From positions 3,286,001 through 3,350,000 of the forward strand of contig JAUPSS010000002.1 in NCBI GenBank assembly GCA_040285825.1: a stretch of 64,000 nt of DNA. The letters run 5' to 3'. Below the pieces are notes generated by a model that worked only from the letters and a program-made list of their open reading frames with translations, was not told the origin of the DNA and did no database searches. The DNA comes from Eukaryota sp. TZLM1-RC. Lineage: Eukaryota; Protista; Metamonada: BaSk clade. A program made the position numbers and the translations under genes. This document shows positions 50,251-61,652 of this stretch, piece by piece (within the stretch, counting starts at the first letter, position 1; each line of letters starts with the position of its first letter).

Positions 50251-51091
50251 GATCATGTTTGTAATGCTATTCTCACGTACACTAAACCCAACACACAATA
50301 GTTTGCATGTAGCAATGTTTTGCTTCCAAATCAAGCATGGATTGTTATGGATTGTATACCCCACATACAGATATCTCCAAAATGACTCAAGAAAGAAGTT
50401 TTGTTTCGAAGGTTTCTCAGTTTTTGCAAAGTTGCTCAATATTACAAATAAAATGTTCACAAGATTTCTCAATCAGAGATCTCTTTGAATTGGAGAGAAT
50501 TCACTCTAAGGTGGTTCTTTCAGGTGATTCCGGTTGGTGATTTGAAAGAAAACGATAATTGTTCTCATTCAATTTATACCACATTCGTAGATATCTTTAA
50601 TTCGTAAACATAATCAAATACAAAATAGTTTTCTATTAATGATATTGATACATGAGAAATACCAATACAATGTTTTTTGTGTTTTGCTTGATTTTGTATT
50701 TGTAATTGAACCTAACCTCAGTATAGAATTTGCACACCATAATTCTTTCTACAAGTGGATAACAAATCAACTACAATGGATTAAACAAATATTTAATTCA
50801 TCCTCTATTACGGCAAAAAACCTGTTGGTAAGAACCGGTGTGGCATGGCATTTCCACGATCATAATGGACATTAAGCTCATGATCGGTGGGCATATCCAC
50901 TACAGCTGAATAAATGATACATGAGCAATTAATAATACTTTACTATTGAAAGATTGATCAGCTTCATGGGCACCCACTTAAAATCGAGCAGGTAGAATAG
51001 TTTTGACCATCCAGTGAGGATCATAGTCCCATCAACATATATGGTAGCCGTCAATATACAACCCATTGCCGAGTTTCCAAGCTAGGACATA

Positions 51092-51712
51092 ATGTTGGAT
51101 GGGTGTTGTATCGTTTGATTACGTTTCGACTTCCTTGTCTATGTTCACATTACTTTCTTAACTTCTGCACTACGCACTTTTCATGGGTTGTACCCGATGT
51201 TCTGTACCTCTGGACACATCACCTACTCAACGATCTCCTACACGTAAGGGTACTAGAAAAACATCTTCCAGGAGATCGTCATCACAGCGTCGTTCAGTGA
51301 AAGCAACCTCTAATCAGAGATCACACCCCAGTCACCACAATCCAACGTCCTCATTAAGAAGAAGGTCATCTTCTAGAGTCAATCGTAGGGATAACAATGG
51401 TGTGTTATATTTATCACATTAACCTTAGACATACCATCCACTGGAGGAACTTCTCCTGCTGAGGTTGCCAGTGAGAAGTCTAATGAATGTTCCGACCATG
51501 ATGAATCTTTATGCTCTCAATCTGATTCTCAATCTGATCTGTATGATGCTTCCTCTTGTAGCGACTCCAATTCTAAGTGCAATTCTGAGCCCAGTGAGAG
51601 CAATTCTGACTCAAGTTGTTCGTCTCCTTCAAGTTCTCCTAGTTCTTCTAGTTGTTCTAGTTCTCCTAGTTGTTCTAGTTGTTCTAGTTCATGTAGTTCT
51701 GATTCTGATTAG
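51092..51712 (+). pseudogene. RING-finger-like gene with a basic linker and Ser-rich tail; RING portion disrupted; intron 51400-51428
   Basis: CIV*..LPCLCSHYF..C..GCTRC is spread over three frames. A 29-nt GT-AG intron joins ORF 51183 in frame to a Ser/Cys/Asp tail built partly on a 9-bp repeat (about 51630-51700), ending with TAG at 51710-51712. Confidence 0.55.
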
Positions 51713-51849
51713 TTGTTTGCAACAATGTTTATTTTTTTCCTTTGCTCATGTCTTTTTATTCATAGTCTTCATTATAACCATAACTTTAACTCCCAGCTTT
51801 CTCAGAATTCCAAAATTACAACACCTCTATTACATATAAAACCTAAAAA

Positions 51850-52780
51850 ATTATTATTTATTGAACTACAATACACATTAAAATTTAATCAAAACTAATG
51901 GGACTAAATTCAATGAACCAGGATTTCCTTTACAAAATCATGATCAGCTTGTTTTCTTGCCATTATTTCTCTTACTCGATAAAAAACACTGAGGTAATCT
52001 ATTAACTATAGCAAATTGAAACCGCCACAAAATGATATCAAATCTTTTTATTGTTTTTTCTTGAACCAATTTGTGGAAATCTTTCAAAAAATTGCCCGCT
52101 TCTACTGATAGTTTTCCGTTTATAGGAAATGGGAAATCAATGAAAACCAGCTGTGTGTATTTCTATCAGCATTAGCTTCTTCAATATATTTGCCATATTT
52201 TCTATGCTTTTTTTGGCTTTGAATTCAAGAGCATCTACAGGATTAAGTTTTCCTCTCTCAACCAAAATGTTCTCTGCACCATTACAGGATATAAAGTCAA
52301 CAATAACATTAGAGTTGTCAATGCAATCACAGTAAAAAACAAACTTATTCAATGACAGTGTTTCTCTCCACAAAGGCTCCTTGATACATCAGATTTTTGC
52401 ATTTCTTGCCTCATTAAAAACTGTGTCCCTGGCAGCATCATGTAATGACGAGCGATAAGTTATAAATTTAGGACAATTCAAAGCATGACGCAAGGTGAGC
52501 TGTGTTGAGTTGAAACAGATACATTTTTCCCTTAATAATAATTGATTAATGGGAACATTCAATATAATCTCATTTTTGTTACAACAGCTTCAGTATCAGC
52601 ACATAGTCCAAGTCTTCGTCGCACAATGGTCACACGTAGTGATCAATTTCATGACTTGTTCTCGTACACAACTTTTTTTTATACTAAAGGATGAAGATCT
52701 TGATCTAAAACAATTATACAAGCCGAGCTGTATAAATTTTTAAAAAGGTCCTCTTCAAACATTTTGGTCATTCGTTGTTA
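51850..52780 (-). mobile_element. Decayed CRE-like element related to family D
   Basis: Colinear with 20975-21912 (ETLSLN, DFISCN, KLNPVDALEFKAK). Confidence 0.8.
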
Positions 52781-53450
52781 GAAACAAAAAACCCCAATCA
52801 ATTCCAATAATTCAAGAATTTGAGTAGAAATTGTGTGTCAAAGTGGAATTTCAACATCTACAAGAATTGCAAATTCTGGTATTTCTGGAATAACGAAATT
52901 CGAACGTATGCTATAAGCCCAAGATAGAACCTTAGATTTTGGTTCAAAATCACCAGAAAACATGTTTATTTTATATACAGCGTTCTCATGCGTTCTTTCT
53001 TTAACTATGTTTATTATCAATTGATTCATCAACAACATACCAATGTGTAAATCTTAGGTTAAAAGTTTGTCGGAAGTCGAAACAATAAACAAAAGAATCA
53101 AAAGCTAATACTCTACATGTGTTTGATTTTTTATTTAAAACAAGCAAATTGACAAAAAACATCAGTAAAGAAAGAATGAAGAATAATAAACATAAACTTG
53201 GTTTAAAGACAGATCTATTCAAAGACCCATGGAAATTACAGATTTCGTAAACCGTCAATGTTTTGCATGAATAATCAGACTAGAAAACAGTTCATGAAAA
53301 CACGAATAGTTGAGTGTTGAGAACTATTCCTGCATAATAATGGTGGCCACAACAAAAAAATGACTACCAAAAAGTTTGCAAAAAAAGTAAATAAATGTTT
53401 TTACACTAGTGCTTCCATAAACAAAACAAACAAATCCATCACAAAAAGTA

Positions 53451-54476
53451 CTAGACAACATTCCCAATTGATCTAGTAGTCAAAGTCTTATCTCGAACAC
53501 ATGTGACCAGATCTTTGATGAGATGAAATCCATTTAAAACGCTATTCAGTAAACTCATTACAAAGATTATCACAAAACAAATACCAATCAACAACAAGCC
53601 CCAATGGTTCAAGGTCCAACCATCACTGAGATTAATGAGGTGCTAAAACTTACGTGAAGGGAGCAAAGTTAACAAGGTGGTTTCGATCAATACGTGTGTC
53701 ATCAGACCCTTGTACAACAAAGGTGAATGATTGATAATCAAAATGATTGATTTCACAGGAGTCTTGAAGCCCACAGTAACGTTCACATTTGGATAGATCG
53801 TGAACAACAAAGTCAAAGTCAAAACAAATCGAAGAGGCTTGTTGAGAATCTTGTCTGAAATTAGAAATAAAAGTACGACAAACACTGCATTGAAAAAAAC
53901 GAAACTCAAGTCTGTTAAATCTGATGGTACTGTGAATGAAAATGGGGATTGACATTGTGAAAGTGAACATATATGGAAGTTGGCAAATGATTCTTGCTTC
54001 TGAAACTTCGTCAAAGACTCAGACTCAGGAGCAATGAAAAAATAAGAGAACACTGGGTTGAAATTGACAGTTATATTAGATCCTTCCAACAACGAGAACC
54101 TTCGCATGACTGCATCACCATCTGTTAAAACAAGGTCATCACAAGAGGTAAATATCGGATGACTGATTCTTTCAGGAGGAGAAGAACACTTCCAAAGAGC
54201 AATATCTAGGTTGAGATCAAACCCATAATCTCTATTGGCAACCATCCGCAGTTTATCCTTAAAGTCTATGTCCAAAACTTGGGTGGTGAATGCGAATGCA
54301 GTGAGAGTGGTAACATGTGAACTAATGGTGTACATGAAGCTGAGAACACCTCCAGCGATGAAGAATACTACAGGGATACAGAAGAAGAGTTTACGTTTAC
54401 CATGAAAAGAGAGACCCTTACCATACGAAGCCAGTGAGGGTCCAGTTGATCGACTTTGATGGTTATGTCTCGACAT
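53451..54476 (-). CDS. Membrane protein with two TM helices flanking a Cys-containing domain (possibly APD1-4-like); join(54476-53884,53854-53654,53625-53451), 322 aa
   Basis: Introns 53855-53883 and 53626-53653 give a continuous frame ending in the TM segment WGLLLIGICFVIIFVMSLL and a stop at 53451. The family guess rests only on FSLLEGSNITV and the topology. Confidence 0.72.
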
Positions 54477-55079
54477 TAAACTCGTGATATGATTGTTTTA
54501 CCAGCCTATGTAGAAATCTATCTTCAATAACCCTCAAAATGTATTCACATCCCCTTATTTCCTTCATGTTCATGTTCAAGGTCTTAGACAAAGTTTTGGT
54601 TCGCCTAGTTTCTGCAAAGTCTAACCTTTTCATTTTGGAATTCCAGAATCCCAGGAATAATGGAATTTAAAGACACGCTCAAAGGTCAATGGAATAATAA
54701 GGAATTTTGGAATGAATTACCCACTAATGTCCAGCCTATCCATACAGTGTTTCCAAAAATGATTTGGTTAGGGAATCTGATAATACTACTGACTTAGACG
54801 ATTGCCACGATGAAAACAATCAAGACTTTTTTAACTGATAATATATGCAATATCCAACAATATTCTGATTGTAAACAAAAACGTTTTAAGGAACTCGGCA
54901 ATATTCTAATGCTGTTTTCCTTTTGAATAGAGAACAACTGGCTTTTTAATGTTCAAGACGCAATTAATTCACTTGGTTATTGACACCCAAAAGAGGAAGA
55001 ATTTGTGGTTCCAGTTCAAAATTTACAGTATTAAAACTAAGCACCAAAATGATGCCATCTGAAATCGAAAATTGTATAA

Positions 55080-56400
55080 ATATACATTCTTCAACGTCTA
55101 CTGCCAATGGATAACCTTTCAATCATCTCAAATCTGCACTAATTTTTAATGACAGAAACCTTGGCTGAAATTTATAAAAAGGTTTTGCTAGAACATTGAT
55201 TCTTCCCCAAAAAAATATTGATATTTCTTGTACCAAATGGTGGCTTTGTTGAAACCAAATGGTAAAGTGTGACCGATTGCTGTAGGTGAAATTTTCTGTC
55301 GACTATTTTCTAGTTTTTATGCGTCTAGAAATAACGTGTATAATGATTTTAACTCCTTTTCAATATGGAATTGGTGTTGTAAAAGGTGCTTCAGTTTGTG
55401 CTCGTACTGTTCAAATCATTTAGCAACTAATCATGAAGATATTTGTTTGACAATTGATTTTTCAAATGCTTTCACCTCGGTATTGAGATGCCAAATAAAA
55501 GATGCTCTTACTGAGTATGCTTAAATTTCATTTGTTCATCGTTTTGAAAGCGTTAAATGGATCACATTCCGATCACATACTCTACATCTCAAGTTTTATA
55601 CTGGAAACAATTGTTTCAAGTCTAATTTAAATCATTCTTATCGCTGCTTGCGTCCAGAAAGTACTCACTAATTGCATAAATATTCGATTTGACTTGAGTC
55701 AATTTTTTGTCTCCACTTGAAGAAATTGATTCACAACAAGGTTTATCTGGTTTTCAAAAGGCAAGCATAATTGGAATGAAGAATTTTCTGTTAAGTTTCC
55801 ACAAACGTTTTCCTGCCTTGTGTTTTTCATTTGTGAAAGAAAATTAATCTTAAAGATTTTTATAACTTTAAAAACCTAGTTAATGATTTTCCTCCACAAG
55901 TTTCGATCTGAATGTTTCATCAAACTACTTCACCAGAAACAGTTGAAGCTCGTTCTTTTGATGTGATAATCAAAACTGTAGTAAATTTACAGAAAAGAAT
56001 TACTGAAATTCGAGAAAATTTTTTTGAATGGATTACTTTCTAAATATTGAGGAAACAAACAGCTTTTTATTTTTTTGTAATTATTTTTAATTATTTTGTT
56101 TCTGCAGGTGCTGCTTCTATTACTCAACCTCCACGAAAATTTGGATTGCGGTTAAAGCACGACGTTTGGAGGATGTTGTACTATGAAAATGTGCCTGCTA
56201 ATATAGTTCTTGCAGGTTTGAGGTTTAGATGTGGACAGTTTGCCATTTTGTACCATAATATTAATTGTAACAAATCTAGAACTGTTCGTTATTTCCCTCA
56301 CAATCGAGTGAGAGATACATTGTGGTTGATGTGCAGTAATGCAGGTTTAAGTTTTGAAATGGAAGTTTTGAGTGGTTCACAATGTAGGTGGAGACTGCTT
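55080..56400 (+). mobile_element. Old, highly decayed CRE-like element
   Basis: LLKPNGKV*PIAVGE, FQYGIG, IDFSNAF, QPPRKFGLRL, R..PHNRVRD. Confidence 0.7.
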
Positions 56401-56916
56401 TCCTTTGACGAAGTAATTAGTTGTTGTTCAAATAATTTGTTCAAATAAGTTTAATTTCCTTCCCTAATAAAAACAATGCGTTTTACCAACATAAAATCAG
56501 GTTCGAACATTCCGCCACACTGTGTGACTTCACCTATGATTTTCGAACCTTACCAAAAAGTGATTACTCATTTCCAAGTCTACAATGAAAACCGTATGTG
56601 AAACAATAGAAATCTACATCTTTTCAGCTAGAGAGTCTTGTATATCGTTGTCTGATGGAGGGAAATGGTATCAATTTTGATTGAATTTTTTTGATTGAAA
56701 TTTGTTTTTACTCAGACATATTTCATACCGGCAACAATTCTTCTTGAGGTTTTCCATTATTATCTCTTAACGAATAACAGCAACCATCACAGTACATGTT
56801 CTCATTAATGAAACAGTTGTAACCGAGTTGCAAAGGCAGAGTTACAATCAGTAACAGTTGAAAATTCTTAAAATGAATTAATGAATTAATTTGAAGCAAA
56901 AATGAGATCATGGCAA

Positions 56917-57026
56917 CAAAGGTGTCCAAGGGTATTCAAAGGTGTCCAAGGGTGTTCAAAGGTGTTTTGAGAAGGTTTAGAGTATAAAGGTTTATTGAAT
57001 AGCTTTTACCTAATGTCTCCACCCTG
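56917..57026. repeat. Five copies of a 10-bp unit (CAARGGTRTY) next to a possible transposon terminus
   Basis: caaaggtgtc caagggtatt caaaggtgtc caagggtgtt caaaggtgtt at 56917-56966. The stretch ends in CTCCACCCTG (CAGGGTGGAG on the minus strand). Confidence 0.55.
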
Positions 57027-57134
57027 GGTCGTTGGGTAAATGTGTTCCACTGGATGATTTACTAATGATTTACTTTACAAAAATTGAATTTAAACGACTT
57101 CAAAATAAATTTATAATACATATAATAAAGAAAA

Positions 57135-60100
57135 CTAGTATGGAATAAATAGAGAATTACACTTATAAGATTCCATATCAAATTCAAAACCAGTAGCATT
57201 TGCCAAATCAAATCCGTCAGCTACATTAAAAACACTGGTAATGTGAAAAAAGCTTTTAAAATTCCACTTCGCTTTCTGAGACTTAACTGAAATTTGTGAA
57301 CCACTAATGGGAGGCAAAACAGTAAAATTTTTGGTTTTTGGTGGAGAAAATGTGTTTTTTGAACCAAATTTCAATGACCAATCGAGAAAAGTATCGGTGA
57401 GAGAACTTTTACCATCCTTGAAGTAACACACTAGGGCAGCTAAATGAAAGAGATTACCCAAAATTTTGGATCTGGTGGCAGATGAAAACATCGAAAAATT
57501 GACGGTTGACGAAATTTTCAGCAATAACTGTGCCTGGTATTTATCGAAATTGGAGATCAACTTTTCAATTTCTTGGCTCAATATTTCATTGACTTCTGAC
57601 GACTTCTCAACAATAATGACCTTGATAAGATCAGAAAACGGATCAGTGGACTTCAGTGACAAGGAACTGATAACTGTAGGAACGCCATCTGAAATATTGG
57701 GACAATTACTACATCTGTTGACTGTCAATAGTAAAACGATCAAATTTGATTGATTTTTCATCCATTTCTGAGCTACCTGAACAGCGAGCAAACCATGACC
57801 AAGCCTTGTCAACCTTAAGCAATATCTATAAACCACCTCATCCACTACAACTTCCGGAACATTTCTGGTAAACAAAACTACCAATAAAAACGCTAAATCA
57901 GTGTGCCCTGTATTTAAAAGTACATTGACGGCTTCAGTAAATAAATTGACGGAGAGATAAACTGTAGCAGAAGAGATCGCATCAGAATTATCCATAAAGT
58001 ATTCGGCCTGGGAGTGAATCGTCGACATAATCAAATTTGATAGGCTCTCTGATTGATGATGTGATCTGATACCAAATCCGTTTGATTGATTACAATGATC
58101 TGACTGTGCTAAAATTGACTGTCCCAAGGCCAGAGCTTCCCTATATTGCCCATGTTTGGTGAAACTAGTGGTCAGTTCCTTCAAATTACCAGCAGCTAAA
58201 GAAAATGCTACATTAGTGGAGTTGACACATGATTCTAAAGTCAAGACTTCGGAAAAGCGTTGTTTGACCAGTCTTGACCACACATCAGGCCCCGCTAGTG
58301 GAGCAATCATAAATGCAACTTCCCAAAGACCTTCTTTGGCCATTAAATCACAATATTCTGAATACTTTCCACTCAAAAGACACCAAATTGCTGCTTTTTC
58401 AAGTAAACATTTCCTGGGTGAAGAAGAAAGAGTTCTTGGCTTTGATAGATCAGAAAGCGCTTGACCTGCGATATGATTGACAGTTTGATTTAATTTTGAT
58501 TGATGGATTATGAGCAATGATTTTTGAACTGTAATATCACAGGAAATATCCCTTAATTTACACAAAACATCAACAAAATGTTCAGTTGAGGGATGGAACT
58601 GGTCAAAAATTTGACTGAAAGAGCTCATGAAAGGATCAGAAATTTTAAATTTTGGTGAAATATTCACAGGTCTGTAAAACGAATTATCTAAAATTTTGCG
58701 GGTAATCTTGGGAAATTTCGAATCAACTGACAAAATAGAAAGAGTGAAAAATTCACTCGCCCCTGGTAAAATTTTTGATAAATTCCAAATTTTGATTGTT
58801 TGATCTCTGCTGGATGACGCCAATAAATGAGGAAAATTTGGGTGAATGTCGAGTCCATAGACATCGCTGACGTGGTGCAAGGTCAAAATGCACTTATTTT
58901 GATCGATATTCCAAATTTTAATGGTTGAGTCCCAACTCCCAGAAATTAAAATATTATTAAAAATTGGATGAACTAAGACAGGTCTCACAGGACCCGAATG
59001 ACCCCTTAAAATCGTCAAACATGATCTCTTTTTGAAATCCCAGACACGTATGGTCTTGTCAAATGATCCTGATACCAAAATTTCGGAATTTGGGACAAAT
59101 ACGACCTCAAAAACTGAATCTACATGACCTTTCAGTGTACAAAAGTCAGAAATTTGAAATTTTTGCAAGTTAAACCTGTGAACCGAAACTGATCCGTTTT
59201 CAACACCACAACAGATCAAATACTCAAAATTTCCTATTTGTTTAAAATTTACGCCATTGACAGCACTACCAAGATTAACAACCAAATGTTTGACCAAAAG
59301 ACATGGTTTTTGGGTTTCAATTGCACGTTCAATGTTGGAAATTTGAAGAATCAAGGCTTTACCACTACGTGAACCCACTAATAATGTTTGAGGATCTAAC
59401 CAGGTGATTCTGATGATTGGGTATGTGCTCTCTTCAAAATCAGAAAATTCTAATATTGAATTTAATTCTAATTTAAACAGAATATTCACTGATCTCTTCG
59501 TGTCAGTTGGTACATTCCAAACAGAAAGCACACCTTGACTGTTTCCAGAAGCCAAAATTTTGAAATTTTCAGAGTAAAATGGACAAAAATCAATGCAAAA
59601 AATTGTACAATTATCTTTGGGAAAAATTCTTGAGCAACTTGAAATGGGAAACTTAACCGCATTGTGGCAATCATATTGGTAATCAAATGATCTGATTGTA
59701 CCATCAAAAGATGAGGTAAAATATGAAATTTCAGATGTATTTGGTGAAAATTTCAAGGAGAAAACGGTTTCTGAATGCCCTGACTTAGAAGTGTAAACAA
59801 TTGAATCGCTTCTTAATGAATATATAAAGAAATTTCCACTACTGAATACTCCTCCAATCAGGTGATTTCTTGAGGATTCTGGGGCTTTTTGACCTTTTAA
59901 CCTTCCAATATTGACCTGAGAAACCAAACAATGAATTTGTTCAGTGCCCAAAATGTTTAAATTTTCAAAATTGTCCTTTGAAACATGAAAATTTAACAAA
60001 TCAGTTCCCCTAGAAGCACAAAACCTTCCAATATTGACATAATCAAAAGCAATTGAACCGATATTACCATAATCAAATGCCCTAATTGTGGAAACCGTGG

Positions 60101-60758
60101 CTAAATCAACCATAATAATACAATTATCAAATGCTACTAGACAGAAATTATCCGAAAAAGGGTCAAACTGAATGTCCTTGACAAGTGATGACTTTGGCGG
60201 ACTGATCACTCCCATTAGCTTCATTTTGGCGGAATTCACTGTGGAATAAACTCTAAACTTGTCATTTCCAATTGCTAACAAATCCAATACTGGGGAATGT
60301 TTTAAAATGGAAGGGAAAGCAGGACCAGCATCTTTAAGAGACACAGCTTCAGCACTACACCTATCAATATGGTAGATGTAAAGTTTTGCACGTGAGGATC
60401 GGCACAGAACATAGAGTAAAGAGGGCGAAGAAGGATCGAATGTCAGAGAGATTGGTATGTCAGAGAGAACCATCGAAGAGATCTCATTGGTTGTTTCGGT
60501 TTCGAGAGGTTTGTAGATCCGTAAGGTAGAGTCAACAGAGATAACAGCGAGGGTTAATGGGAGTGAAGGCCGAAACGCGATAGCAGTGATGTGCTTTTCA
60601 TGGCGAGAAATGATACTGAGAAGCTTAAACGTGGTGATGTCATAAATATAGATAGAGAGACATGATGCATATGCAAAGTACTTGTCATGAAGAGCAACAC
60701 AGTTTTGGTTATGAGAGTGGAGAAAAGCTCCTCCAGCAACAAGGTCCAGGAGCGACAT
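57135..60758 (-). CDS. WDR17: WD repeat-containing protein 17
   Basis: N-terminus L..G....N..CVA...FAYASCLSIYIY, GHSETVF, a block of canonical GH-WD repeats, and a helical C-terminal half (G..SEYCDLM...WEVA..IAP). Confidence 0.88.
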   Translation of the reverse strand: MSLLDLVAGGAFLHSHNQNCVALHDKYFAYASCLSIYIYDITTFKLLSIISRHEKHITAIAFRPSLPLTLAVISVDSTLRIYKPLETETTNEISSMVLSDIPISLTFDPSSPSLLYVLCRSSRAKLYIYHIDRCSAEAVSLKDAGPAFPSILKHSPVLDLLAIGNDKFRVYSTVNSAKMKLMGVISPPKSSLVKDIQFDPFSDNFCLVAFDNCIIMVDLATVSTIRAFDYGNIGSIAFDYVNIGRFCASRGTDLLNFHVSKDNFENLNILGTEQIHCLVSQVNIGRLKGQKAPESSRNHLIGGVFSSGNFFIYSLRSDSIVYTSKSGHSETVFSLKFSPNTSEISYFTSSFDGTIRSFDYQYDCHNAVKFPISSCSRIFPKDNCTIFCIDFCPFYSENFKILASGNSQGVLSVWNVPTDTKRSVNILFKLELNSILEFSDFEESTYPIIRITWLDPQTLLVGSRSGKALILQISNIERAIETQKPCLLVKHLVVNLGSAVNGVNFKQIGNFEYLICCGVENGSVSVHRFNLQKFQISDFCTLKGHVDSVFEVVFVPNSEILVSGSFDKTIRVWDFKKRSCLTILRGHSGPVRPVLVHPIFNNILISGSWDSTIKIWNIDQNKCILTLHHVSDVYGLDIHPNFPHLLASSSRDQTIKIWNLSKILPGASEFFTLSILSVDSKFPKITRKILDNSFYRPVNISPKFKISDPFMSSFSQIFDQFHPSTEHFVDVLCKLRDISCDITVQKSLLIIHQSKLNQTVNHIAGQALSDLSKPRTLSSSPRKCLLEKAAIWCLLSGKYSEYCDLMAKEGLWEVAFMIAPLAGPDVWSRLVKQRFSEVLTLESCVNSTNVAFSLAAGNLKELTTSFTKHGQYREALALGQSILAQSDHCNQSNGFGIRSHHQSESLSNLIMSTIHSQAEYFMDNSDAISSATVYLSVNLFTEAVNVLLNTGHTDLAFLLVVLFTRNVPEVVVDEVVYRYCLRLTRLGHGLLAVQVAQKWMKNQSNLIVLLLTVNRCSNCPNISDGVPTVISSLSLKSTDPFSDLIKVIIVEKSSEVNEILSQEIEKLISNFDKYQAQLLLKISSTVNFSMFSSATRSKILGNLFHLAALVCYFKDGKSSLTDTFLDWSLKFGSKNTFSPPKTKNFTVLPPISGSQISVKSQKAKWNFKSFFHITSVFNVADGFDLANATGFEFDMESYKCNSLFIPY

Positions 60759-60899
60759 CCAGGAGCAATCGATTTTTAGATGTTTCTATTTATAGAAATT
60801 CCACACTACATGTTCAAGCAATTTGAAAGCAAAGCATCAGAAACCACTGATGGCTTCAGTAGACCACCTAAGTATATGGCCCCAGTAATGTTTTCCAAT

Positions 60900-61496
60900 A
60901 TAAGACTTTACCATTATAAGACTGTGTTTTAGTTCCAATTTCAATCATGTATTTCGATCTACATATCCTCTTGTCACTAGGCCTTTGGCTCAGAAGTTTA
61001 ATGAATTACGTGCAAAAGTTCTGTCACAATTACTGGGATGTAAAATGTTCCAAATTCCAGACCATGCTTACCTTAGTCCACATTATGGCGGTTTCGGGTG
61101 GACGAAGGCTTCTATTCTTACCTCGTGTGCTTTTGTTGGTGGATGCAGAAATGCAATCTTTGAGTTTTCCGAAAGATTTGCAGATTGGGAAGATTTATTG
61201 ATGGCAACGCAAAGTTCCACTGTTTTTGCATTAAATGAAGAAATTTCAAAAATTGATGCAGAAAAATGGGGTCGATGATTTCCCCAATCATTCAATGGCA
61301 ATATTCCAGAAAAGAATGTTTTAAATTTGAAGTACACTCTTCGAACATTACAGAAACGTTTGACTGGAATGTATGAAAATGATCTTTGTAATAATATATG
61401 CAGCTCGGCTGTTTTAATTCAAGATCTTCACTCAATGTTATTGAAAAAGGGTGTTTGTAAAAGTAAGTCATCAGATTCTTCACTTTTTGTAACCAT
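60900..61496 (+). mobile_element. CRE-like family D internal fragment, interrupted by gypsy family 2
   Basis: HAYLSPHYGGFGWTKAS and LTGMYENDLCNNICSSAVL match 21770-21910; the match breaks at FVTIV. Confidence 0.85.
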
Positions 61497-61652
61497 TGTG
61501 ATGGTCTTGGCTGTTGGTTATTGTTGGACATACAATATAGAGTAACAGAAGTGTAATTTATTACGAAGAGGAATTGTATTCTCTCTTCTTAAGCTAACAG
61601 GCGGAATACTAATAACTAAACTATTAACTATAAATACTATTCAAGACTAACA
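61497..61652 (-). repeat. Putative 3' LTR (156 bp) of gypsy family 2
   Basis: Starts TGTTAG right after the PPT AAAGAGAGGAAAAGGCAA and ends CATCACA at the junction with CRE sequence. The partner LTR is outside the window. Confidence 0.75.

Noticed and set aside
51465-51839. Hydrophobic LVVLVLL ORF as a membrane protein
   Set aside because: It is an alternate-frame reading of the 9-bp repeat; the Ser-rich frame is the one joined by the intron.
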